Shown: positions 11,599 through 20,723 of the stretch, in pieces
How positions within the stretch are numbered: the stretch's first letter is position 1
How the letters are laid out: each line of letters opens with the position of its first letter
DNA from: Epithemia pelagica
Taxonomy: Eukaryota > Protista > Bacillariophyta
DNA length: 64,000 nucleotides
Assembly: GCA_946965045.2 (NCBI GenBank)
Contig: OX337241.1
Location: forward strand, 1,612,001 to 1,676,000
Direction: 5' to 3'
Translations under genes and position numbers: made by a program
Notes under the pieces: generated by a model
Told to the model about the DNA's origin: nothing
Database searches by the model: none
Seen by the model: only the letters and a program-made list of their open reading frames with translations

Positions 11599-11684
11599 GG
11601 TTATGAGGCATGAATTGATGCCTCATAACCAAGCGACGAATCATAAACTCAAACATAACCAATAGGTTATGAGCGGGTTATGAG
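11599..11684. repeat. Cluster of GGTTATGAG/CTCATAACC inverted repeats
   Basis: 13-bp stem GGTTATGAGGCAT (11599-11611) / ATGCCTCATAACC (11618-11630). A second hairpin CATAACC-aata-GGTTATG and a repeated GGTTATGAG follow. Confidence 0.85.
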
Positions 11685-12386
11685 CCTTACAAAAATTTGC
11701 GTTGTGTTTATGTTTTATGTTATGTTTATGATAAAAACATTTCAGTAAAGACCCATTGTCGGTTTTTGTCATGAATCTGAATCTCAATCAGTTTTCGCAA
11801 CAGAAATGACATCTCTTTCGTGTCAGTGGGAAATTTCTTTCACATGTCGGTTGTTGTCTGTTGTTCAGAATCCCCCGAACTGCGCGCGACAATCGACAAT
11901 ACGAACCTGACAAAAAGAAATGAAATGGTGATGGGTCCCCATCATCCTGTGCTTCGAAGCAGCTACGAGAACATGTTTAATGCTACTCCTATGGAAAGTC
12001 ACGTCATAAGCATGATGAAGCATTCTAATCTTCTTAGCCCCATTCGTCTTCTCATTTATAGATTGTGTATTGGATATTTAAAGAAGTGCTTTTGTTGTCA
12101 TCGATATTGAAAATGAATCAGGCAGCTCTCCGCAACCTACCCATCCACCTCAAGTGTAGAACACCACTGATCCACCGAGTTCCCCGTCTCAGGTATCGTT
12201 CCCATGTGGTGAAGAATATCATACTCTGTCATTTTTTCTTGATCTCTCCCAGTTCTCCAACAACACCAATGTATTTCTAGAGTTATCCCCCCGTTGCACC
12301 ATGACTTCATCTCCCACTGAACCGTTCTTGGTTCGCTTCCACTACACTTGTTTTAGTACATGTGATAATACCCCCACTGGATATCG

Positions 12387-12980
12387 CTAATCACATGAAG
12401 ATGCTTTCGTGTTTGTGGCGATGCCACCTTGAACCAGTTGTAGACGATTCTTCATCTTTTTCGACTCTCTCTGTTGTAATTTTCGTCGTTCGTTGGCTTG
12501 GAAGGAGGGCGCCAAGCATTTGATATATCCTTCCATGTAAGCTGTGTTCATATTGGGGTTGGCCTTGTTTTCATCGTTGGCTGGTTTTCGATCTTTGCCA
12601 AACAAATCTACCTCGGACAACTTGCGCACCAGAGATTTTCGAAATTCGTCATCCGCCTCCAACAAGTGGCGTCTGAGATCTCCAATATCTGATGACTCTA
12701 CACTGAAATGACTACTGTCATCAAAATCACATTCTCGATGCAAGGCATGGCCTCCCTGGCCCCTCGTATCCTCTTCCAAGTCGGCCAAGAATTCATCCAA
12801 GGTTGCTGCTGTGCATTCAAACTCCTCCGGTAACGAAGTATCCACCGTAGGCTTCAACTGGACAGATCTACCATCAAACGATGGTGATGTGTTCTTGTCG
12901 CTTGCCATGGAGGACGACATGCCTTGGGGATTGCCCGTGTTGTTGGATGGTCTGTTGTTTCTGCTCCCTGCCATCATCAT
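12387..12980 (-). CDS. Hypothetical protein (197 aa)
   Basis: ATG-started ORF with protein-like acidic composition; no recognised domain. Confidence 0.5.
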   Translation of the reverse strand: MMMAGSRNNRPSNNTGNPQGMSSSMASDKNTSPSFDGRSVQLKPTVDTSLPEEFECTAATLDEFLADLEEDTRGQGGHALHRECDFDDSSHFSVESSDIGDLRRHLLEADDEFRKSLVRKLSEVDLFGKDRKPANDENKANPNMNTAYMEGYIKCLAPSFQANERRKLQQRESKKMKNRLQLVQGGIATNTKASSCD

Positions 12981-13339
12981 CGTCTTCTGACAGCGGACAG
13001 ATCGGTAGAGACCGCAAAAAAGTAAGGTTCTCTACTAATATAAAACAGTAAAGTTCATTTTGCACAACAAGCCCTACCAAAAACAGAAACTATCAAGCTA
13101 CAGGTTGCAACGCGCTAGATTTTTTGGTTCGTGGATGTGACAACTTTAAACTTTACCTTCGCCAAAAAGAATGAGAGTAAATGTCGAATGGTTATCATGA
13201 AGCATGTACGTCTTCTAAAGCGACTTTTTTTCTTGGATGTGTATACAAGAGCTTGAAGCAGATTTCCTCCACACAAGCACATTTTCTAGCTTAGACCAAT
13301 AGAACGAGTGAAAACTCACTCTAATAGTACAAGAAAAAG

Positions 13340-13347
13340 GTGAACAA
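13340..13347. repeat. Left target-site duplication GTGAACAA
   Basis: The identical 8-mer occurs at 20146-20153; each copy directly abuts a TIR. Confidence 0.92.
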
Positions 13348-13886
13348 CAGGGTTGTGAAGCTACTTATTCATATTTCAACTGATCTGACGTAATTTGGTC
13401 ATTAAATTCATATATCATATATTTTTCGAATTAATTCTCCCATTTTTCCTGCCATGAATTATTCTAAGAATTAATTCCTCATATCTCTCGCCATACACAT
13501 ATATTCTATAATGATATTACCCACCATTCTAGTAGGGTAATATCCCCCCACATTCCTCACGACCTCATTGTCTGGCCTCCGTTCTTGACCAAATTAATCC
13601 TCATCCTACGAATATGACATCATTTACTGACATTTGTCAGTTAATAGTGTCATCGCCGCAATCACTGTATTTACCCTTAGTAACTGACGCAAAGATAGAC
13701 ACTGCCCCCCTCTGCGAATCTTATTATTGAAAACAAACAGATGAGAAATGGATCACATGGTCACTGCACCTCCAAAGATTGCGTACCTCTACCTTCAACA
13801 ATCAGCCAAAGTTCCATCGCAGGATCAGACTCACTCTCCCACCGATCCCTGATCACTAGTTGGTGAAGTTATTGACAACAAGAATC

Positions 13887-16800
13887 ATGTCACCTTCGTC
13901 GAAGAAGAAGAAGACTCCTCTTCCAAAGCAATCGGCAGCCGTTTCTGCAAGAAACAAAATCGTTCAGGAGGAGATCGAAGACCAAGTCAATGCCAAACAA
14001 GAATTCATCCTGTCTGAAAAAGAACTTATCCCTGTCCACAAGGGGAAGCCTAACCTCTTATTCTCCAACAGCCCCTCGAAACGTTGGGATTGGGTTCTCC
14101 ATGTTGATTGGCAAGCCCTATTCAAGTGGGTATGGGATGGCACCGTGAAGGATCTTCCAGCCTCTTTTCGAGGCTTTACGAAAATCCATGATATCATGGG
14201 TGAGTTCTTGGGAGAACCACCCGTACAAGACCAAGAATACGATGCCGATGGGAATCCTCTCCCTATTGTTGTTGAAGGAGAACTTTCCAACAAGGAGTAT
14301 AAGGCCAAGTACAAGTTACTCGCTCACCGAATGGTTCTCTGTCCGCTCTGTTTTAAAAACCCCGATGTCCCTTTGTTTAAATGTTGCATTACCTGCAGCG
14401 ATGAGAAGCCATCCAATGTGAAGCAGCACATTGACAAGCATCATGGGGGCGACGAAAAAGTATTTGGAGTGTCAAGTGAAGAGAAGTTGAACCAATCTAC
14501 ACTAAAAGGGTTCACATCCGACCTATCTCCTCGCAAGGAAGCCGTTGGACAATTAAGACAGCTCATATACGAGTTTGTAAATGATTGTTGTCTCCCCGCC
14601 AATACCGTGGAAAAACCCCAGTTCCGGGAACTCCTCCGATATGCTTTTCAAAATGGTGGCCAACTAAAGGACACCCGTGCCGAAGTCATGAGCCGCCGCC
14701 AGGTCACCAAGCTTCGAATGGATTCATACAAGGACTATGTCTCAACTGTTGCCTCTCTAGCAAGGAACGTCCGAGAAGAATACAAGACCCTATGTGGCAA
14801 AGAGATTGCGTTTGCCACGGTCTGCCACGACATTTGGCAGGCGCGACGTCATGATGTCCTTGGGGTCACTCTCATGTTTGCTGACCCACGCAATAGTGTT
14901 GTATATCGAATCCCCATTGGCTTGGCTGAAACTAAGGGCCATGCGGCCGTGGATGTGGCTAACCTAACACACTCCCTACTCATGTCTGTCGGTTTCAATC
15001 AAGACGACCTTGTGGCTTCGGTAAATGACAATACATCAGCTGCTGTCCTTGCCGGTAAATACATTGTCGGAGATCATGCCAAGGTGGGCCGATGCGATAT
15101 GCATCGGGCCGAATTGGTCCTCAAGCACGCCACAGGGCTTGTGCAACGGTTCAGGAAAGGTGTTCTTATCGATTCTTTTCCAGAATTTTGTGAACTGTAT
15201 GGAAAATTCAAGAAACTGGCTGGGTGGGTGACTAGCAAGCACGCATTTCATCGTTGGGAGAAACTCAAGAAGAAGGCCGAAGAACTGGGGTTCACGTTGA
15301 TCTTAATCCCCATGCCAAACGACACCCGTGTTGGTGGATGTGTCATTCTCATCCAAGCTTTACTGCGGAACAAATGGTTTTTTGATCTTTATGTCCTGAC
15401 ATCAAAACTCAGTGACCCTACTTTTGTTTCTCTATATCCTACTCAAGACGAATGGGACCTTCTGGCCCAATATGAAGGTATCCTCAGTCCTCTGAAGGCT
15501 GTTGCTCTACAGCTCCAAACCGACGAACCTGGCGCCAGTTCGGCCACGCTTCTGGAGATTTATCTCTCTCATTTCAAGACTGAACGAATGAGGATGAGCA
15601 AAGTCTCCTGCGTTCCAGTCAACGAGGCGGATCTTGAAGAAGACGAGAAATGGGATGCATCTGCACCCATGAGTGAGTTGAACGCATTGCGAATTGGAGT
15701 GTCTTACAATGAATTGGGTGATGGTCCCAAGAAGCTCATTCGCCGGATTCTGCATGAGTACCGCATCTATCTTTTGGATACAGATGAGGATGCGTTGAAA
15801 GCAGTTTGCTGCAATCCTATGTTGGCGAATATTTATGACGACATGTTCCAGTCTTTGGCCATGTTCGATTCCGAAAAAGTAAGGAAGGCTCGTCGTATTT
15901 TCTTAGACGACATGATGTCCAAGTTCAGCAACGCTAAGGCTTCACCTCTTGGCGCGCTACTTGAAAAACAACGACAGCAATCCCAGGGGGAACCAACTAC
16001 TCCACCCAAAGAGACTACAGCAACTCCCCCTACCAACCCAGGCAACACAGGATCTTCACGAAAGAAGAAGGAACGGTATGAAGAAGAAGATGTTTTTGAG
16101 TCCATACGCAGAACAAGAGAACTCAAAGAACAGGCCCTTCTCCAGATCACTGGAGCGGCCTCTATGGGAGGCACAGAAACAGAGGTTCTGGTGGCATTAA
16201 AAAATGCTTGCACAGAAGCCTTCGATTCCTTTAAACGAATGTGTGGGGTCCATATTGACAAGCAATGGGCCAAGGTCATTGCAGACTATCCAACAGAGAA
16301 ATATTCAAACGAGGCACCAAAATGGAACGAACAGGAGAAGACTGCTTTTCGAAAAGCCTGTTTGAATTCGAATTATTGTCAGATATCAAAGTATTTCGAT
16401 ATCATGGCCTGGTGGAGCGATCACAAGAGAGAATTCCCTCTTATGTATGTGATGGCAATGATATGGCTCACAAAGCCGTCCACCAATGCGTTCCAGGAAC
16501 GCATTTTTTCGTTAGGAACGTGGTTTCAACAGAATAAACTTATGGCGAATATGCTGAAGAAGCATTATGAAATGAGGACAATGGATTTTCTAACCAGGTC
16601 ACTTAAGCGGGAGATTATCGCCAGAGAGTTGGAATTGCAACGAAATACTAAACAACAAATATCACACTACGTTGGAATTGGTAACTCCGAGACGTCTGAT
16701 ACAGTGAACGAGGCAGGCACAACTATGGATTCATCCACAAAGGAGAAAGCGGCCACCAAGGATTTCTCTACAAGACAAACTGCTCTTGTTCAGATGAGTG

Positions 16801-17657
16801 GCATGAGGGATGCAACTCAGAGTTATGTGGAGTACAACAAGAAAGCAGATGCAGAGAAGGGGCTAGTCACAAACGATCAGTCCATTGGTATGACGTACTT
16901 TGAGGAACTTTCTGAGGACGAGGATGAACGCTCTCTCTTGTCTGGTGGATTGGAAACACCTGAAGTTTGTGCTGAAATGAGCAAAGAAAAACGAATTCGT
17001 GAAGCACAACGTCTTTCCCAAATGGTGAGAGATGGAAGAAAGAAACCTATTGAATGGGACACAGTGAAGGTGGTTCGTTTTGAGCGTCACCCAGACGATG
17101 ACTCGGTCCAACATTCATCGGAAGACGAAAGTTTTGGTGACGAAGACAGTGATGCGGCAATGAATGAAGTGTTTGATCTGGAATTGAAAGGATTAGAGGA
17201 AGCTGTAGTACAAGAGGCAATTGACCTGACGGCGTCTCAGACCGAGCAGAGGGATAGTGACAGGGATACATCTGGGAATAAGAGAAAGACAGATGCTCAA
17301 CGTAGAAAGAAAACCAAGCAGCAAAAACTTTTGCCGACTAGACAGTCACCTCCTCGTCAAGCCAAAAACAAAAGCCGTTTGAAGCAGGCATCTATGAAAC
17401 AAACATCTCTGTCCCTGTCAGGTGGACACGAAGAAAGGCAGAAACAATCTCAGTCGAGAAGCCAGGTGAATGCCAAGAAACATGCTAAAGGAAGAAAGGG
17501 ACAACCTAAGGACGACAGGAACTATGAGGATGAACAACAAGATGATACCAAGAACGATCAGAGTATTGAGGATGTCTTACAGGAACTGGAGTCGGACTCG
17601 GAGGATGAAGAACACGGGAATGAAGAACACGATGATGAAGAAGTGTATGACGACTAA
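13887..17657 (+). CDS. hAT transposase (BED-like zinc finger, DDE core, dimerisation domain, long charged tail)
   Basis: CPLC...HIDKHH finger, TVCHDIW (first Asp), CDMH (CxxH), NDTR, and WW...FP...PSTNAFQERIFS (catalytic Glu in the dimerisation domain). The ORF is uninterrupted; first ATG at 13887. Confidence 0.9.
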   Translation: MSPSSKKKKTPLPKQSAAVSARNKIVQEEIEDQVNAKQEFILSEKELIPVHKGKPNLLFSNSPSKRWDWVLHVDWQALFKWVWDGTVKDLPASFRGFTKIHDIMGEFLGEPPVQDQEYDADGNPLPIVVEGELSNKEYKAKYKLLAHRMVLCPLCFKNPDVPLFKCCITCSDEKPSNVKQHIDKHHGGDEKVFGVSSEEKLNQSTLKGFTSDLSPRKEAVGQLRQLIYEFVNDCCLPANTVEKPQFRELLRYAFQNGGQLKDTRAEVMSRRQVTKLRMDSYKDYVSTVASLARNVREEYKTLCGKEIAFATVCHDIWQARRHDVLGVTLMFADPRNSVVYRIPIGLAETKGHAAVDVANLTHSLLMSVGFNQDDLVASVNDNTSAAVLAGKYIVGDHAKVGRCDMHRAELVLKHATGLVQRFRKGVLIDSFPEFCELYGKFKKLAGWVTSKHAFHRWEKLKKKAEELGFTLILIPMPNDTRVGGCVILIQALLRNKWFFDLYVLTSKLSDPTFVSLYPTQDEWDLLAQYEGILSPLKAVALQLQTDEPGASSATLLEIYLSHFKTERMRMSKVSCVPVNEADLEEDEKWDASAPMSELNALRIGVSYNELGDGPKKLIRRILHEYRIYLLDTDEDALKAVCCNPMLANIYDDMFQSLAMFDSEKVRKARRIFLDDMMSKFSNAKASPLGALLEKQRQQSQGEPTTPPKETTATPPTNPGNTGSSRKKKERYEEEDVFESIRRTRELKEQALLQITGAASMGGTETEVLVALKNACTEAFDSFKRMCGVHIDKQWAKVIADYPTEKYSNEAPKWNEQEKTAFRKACLNSNYCQISKYFDIMAWWSDHKREFPLMYVMAMIWLTKPSTNAFQERIFSLGTWFQQNKLMANMLKKHYEMRTMDFLTRSLKREIIARELELQRNTKQQISHYVGIGNSETSDTVNEAGTTMDSSTKEKAATKDFSTRQTALVQMSGMRDATQSYVEYNKKADAEKGLVTNDQSIGMTYFEELSEDEDERSLLSGGLETPEVCAEMSKEKRIREAQRLSQMVRDGRKKPIEWDTVKVVRFERHPDDDSVQHSSEDESFGDEDSDAAMNEVFDLELKGLEEAVVQEAIDLTASQTEQRDSDRDTSGNKRKTDAQRRKKTKQQKLLPTRQSPPRQAKNKSRLKQASMKQTSLSLSGGHEERQKQSQSRSQVNAKKHAKGRKGQPKDDRNYEDEQQDDTKNDQSIEDVLQELESDSEDEEHGNEEHDDEEVYDD

Positions 17658-17810
17658 CATGAAGAGAGGTATAAACGAGAATGAAAACAAAAACGAGCAA
17701 TAGCAGTTGAGCCAAGTGAAGCAAATTGATGATGAGAGATATTGACAGTGAAAACAATTTAATATTAGGAACGTAATACATGTACTGCAGTAAGAATCAA
17801 CTTTCAACAA

Positions 17811-19685
17811 CTAGTACGACTTTCTTTTGTCCATGTACTTGTCAAACATAGAAATGACCTTCTTTTTGAAAAAGGGACAGAAATTTTTGCTCTTTGCAAG
17901 GCGCTCCCGCACCTTGGATCCTTCACCAGATACAGCGATCTGACTCAACGATCCCAATAAAGGGTTGATGTCTCTCCAGAACTTTTGGGGAACCCATGAT
18001 TCCAAATGTTTTGAACACTCATAAGCTTCACATTTCGTGGGTACCCATCCAAGATTTTGGGACCATCGCATCACGTGGATGTCGGAGGGAATTCCTTCGG
18101 ACCGATCAAAGGAAGCTTCGATTACAATGGCAGCAGTCTTGTACCCTATACCGAGCAGAGTGGTAAGCTCCTGGATAGAAATATTCGTCGGAATAACTCC
18201 ATTGTGTTCTTGGATAAAGTAATCCGCGGCATTCACAATGTGTTCAGCATTTTTGTAAAAACGTCCCGGTTCGGAAAGAATGGAGCACAAGGCGTCCATG
18301 CCGTATCTTTGTGAAATGTCAATCACCGCCGTTGCGGATGTCAATCCAAACGAGAAAATACGAGGCATCACAGTGCTAAGTTGTGCATCGGAGGTACTTG
18401 CACTCATGCATATTGTCATGAGGAACATGAAGGCTTTGTCTGCCTGTGGGTCGTCTGCAGTGATAGAAGAGTCGACCCAGTCCTCCCAAGAATCCCGAGG
18501 GACGTTGATGCCATCCTTTTTCAAACTTGTCCAGAAGTTCAGAAGAGAGTAGAACTGAAAAGTTCGTTCAAGCAATATTTCTGGAAATTTGTCACAATCA
18601 GGAATTGATACATGACTGTCACATGGTGGTTTGACGATAGCTTTTTCCCCAGGCATGTGTCTCTTTGTTCCACTTTGCACGTATTTAATGGCTGACTTTG
18701 AGCGTGAAATCGACCCAAGGAATGCCGCTATTTTTTCATTTCGAGATCTCGTTGAGTACGAGTGCAATGCAAATTGATTGTGGAAGAGCTTTTGTTGCTT
18801 TCTGGTAGGAGGAGAGGCAATATCTGTCGTGTCTGATGGAAGATTGGTTGTTGTACTTGTGTCAGTAGAACGTTGTGGAGTTTTGTAGGGGGATGGTAGA
18901 CGGTGGATTGTTTCTTGTGGAGGAGTATATTGTGATGCGGCAGGCAAAATGGTATCAATTTGGGCATGAGCAGAAGACATGTTCAACAATACATGATGTT
19001 CAATCAATGATAGGAAAGGAGATACCGTTGGAGGATTGTATAAATCGGTAGGAAAAGAATCATAGTCCACTGGAATATTTGGAACGTCGATGATATTGAA
19101 GCCCTCCACTCGTTGGGCGCTTGCATGGACACCAATGAGTGGCTTCTTTCGGATCATCCAAGATGTAACAAGAGTGCTGGTTGAAGTTGTCGGTGATATG
19201 GCTAGCTGGTTGTCGATGTAATGAACACAGTCATCCAGTACCTTGTTCCGAATGATTGAAAATTGTGTTTTACAATTTAGAGACAGAATGACCGTCGTAC
19301 AGGTGATGGTCTGATCCACCATGAGAAGTTGTTCTGTGTTGCTTGAAGAAAACCTGTAAGTGTCCTTGTCAGTTTCTTGGAAAATGGCTTGGTATACGAT
19401 ACTCGAAAGCAAATCGAGTTGTTGTTGGAAAGAAAGAGTGGGAATACAACATTTGTGTGTAGGGGGGTCATGAGGAGGACATGAAATCTGACCACCAACG
19501 CGAATGAGCCAGTGAATGGTTTTTTGTTGGATTGCCTGAAAAATCTCGGAAACAGGACGATTCAGGATTCCATCTGTTTCTTTCAAATCAATCAATAGTG
19601 CATAAAGAGAAGGGTTGCAATGCATGACATATTTGGGACAGCATTTTGATTCGAAAATGACATTTGGGTGGGAAGCATCATCCAT
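17811..19685 (-). CDS. Endonuclease III/Nth-like HhH-GPD DNA glycosylase with a ~400-aa N-terminal region of unknown function
   Basis: ICMSASTSDAQL, GRFYKNAEHI, HhH motif ELTTLLGIGYKTA (Lys codon at 18138-18140), GIPSDIHV (Asp codon at 18081-18083) and WRDINPLLG. No C-terminal Fe-S Cys motif. Confidence 0.85.
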   Translation of the reverse strand: MDDASHPNVIFESKCCPKYVMHCNPSLYALLIDLKETDGILNRPVSEIFQAIQQKTIHWLIRVGGQISCPPHDPPTHKCCIPTLSFQQQLDLLSSIVYQAIFQETDKDTYRFSSSNTEQLLMVDQTITCTTVILSLNCKTQFSIIRNKVLDDCVHYIDNQLAISPTTSTSTLVTSWMIRKKPLIGVHASAQRVEGFNIIDVPNIPVDYDSFPTDLYNPPTVSPFLSLIEHHVLLNMSSAHAQIDTILPAASQYTPPQETIHRLPSPYKTPQRSTDTSTTTNLPSDTTDIASPPTRKQQKLFHNQFALHSYSTRSRNEKIAAFLGSISRSKSAIKYVQSGTKRHMPGEKAIVKPPCDSHVSIPDCDKFPEILLERTFQFYSLLNFWTSLKKDGINVPRDSWEDWVDSSITADDPQADKAFMFLMTICMSASTSDAQLSTVMPRIFSFGLTSATAVIDISQRYGMDALCSILSEPGRFYKNAEHIVNAADYFIQEHNGVIPTNISIQELTTLLGIGYKTAAIVIEASFDRSEGIPSDIHVMRWSQNLGWVPTKCEAYECSKHLESWVPQKFWRDINPLLGSLSQIAVSGEGSKVRERLAKSKNFCPFFKKKVISMFDKYMDKRKSY

Positions 19686-20145
19686 GGTGCTCTCTTAAAA
19701 CACAAGGCGATGAGGCACAAGCAGCAACGTGAGTTGTGTGAGTACTATTTTCATCTATTGTGGTGTCAGTCGCGAAACATGTAATGGGTGAAATATTCAG
19801 CGTAGGTAATAATATTACGTAATTTATGGTAATTAATTTATTAAATTAAATTACTGCAAATGAATGAAGGGGTAATTCCGTTGGGTGAATAAATGAGTCA
19901 AATTCATTCTTGAAAGGATTCGCCTCTAATTTATTAAAAAAATTAATTCTCTTTAAAATTTGACAAAGAATATATTACGTAAATGATATTACATGAACTT
20001 GGGAAGGAACAATTTTTGGAAAACGGAATTCATAACGTTTGGTTATTTTGAATATAATGATAAAACTTAATTCTTCATTATTATGTAATGGAATAAATTA
20101 CGTTAATTCTATTCATATAAGAGGTTATGGTAATTCACAACTCTG

Positions 20146-20153
20146 GTGAACAA
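20146..20153. repeat. Right target-site duplication GTGAACAA
   Basis: Immediately follows the right TIR. Confidence 0.92.
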
Positions 20154-20723
20154 AGAGGGAGCAAAAATGTCATGCTTCTGCGATCTGCGACCGAATTCTT
20201 CTTCTTGATCTCTCTACATTCAACATCACAATGACTCATAGAGATAGGTCTAATGAGTAGAATTTTATCGACTATGAGTTGAAGAGTAGGTTCTGTGCAA
20301 GACCGCAGTTTTCGTCGCGGTTTGCGGTCATCGAAGGACACCACACCGTTACCATTGTCATTACGACGTCGGCAGCAGGTGACAGTGAAGCAGGTAAGAA
20401 GTTCTCTGTCCATCGGAAAGCATGCAACCATGTTGTGCTTTCTTTGAAAGCTCTTTTGAGCAAAATGGTGGAAGTGAAAGAGATTTCATGTTTTCTTAGA
20501 GGATGAACGGCGAACGGCGACGTAGACTGCTCCGACTTCGATCTTGTATATCTTCAGCAGCACGGTTGGCACTCGATACAACAGTGTGGGGTGCCGACAT
20601 GGGTTCACGTTATAGTGCTGAGCTGATAACGGGGCTCGGAAAAGAGAGAGTAAAGCTCATTGATGTGTTTCTTTGGTTATTTTTTGAAGCAGAAATTTTC
20701 CTTTTCGTAACACAACCATCACC

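Larger units (their letters stand above)
13348..20145 (+). mobile_element. Complete hAT-superfamily DNA transposon (6798 bp) carrying a transposase and an Endonuclease III-like cargo gene
   Basis: Left TIR CAGGGTTGTGAA (13348-13359); right TIR reverse-complements to CAGAGTTGTGAA (20134-20145), 11/12 identical. Perfect 8-bp TSD, AT-rich subterminal regions and an internal hAT transposase. Confidence 0.93.

Noticed and set aside
13348-20145. Fanzor/TnpB-type RNA-guided nuclease as the cargo
   Set aside because: No RuvC or terminal zinc-finger motifs were seen; the motifs are those of an HhH-GPD glycosylase.
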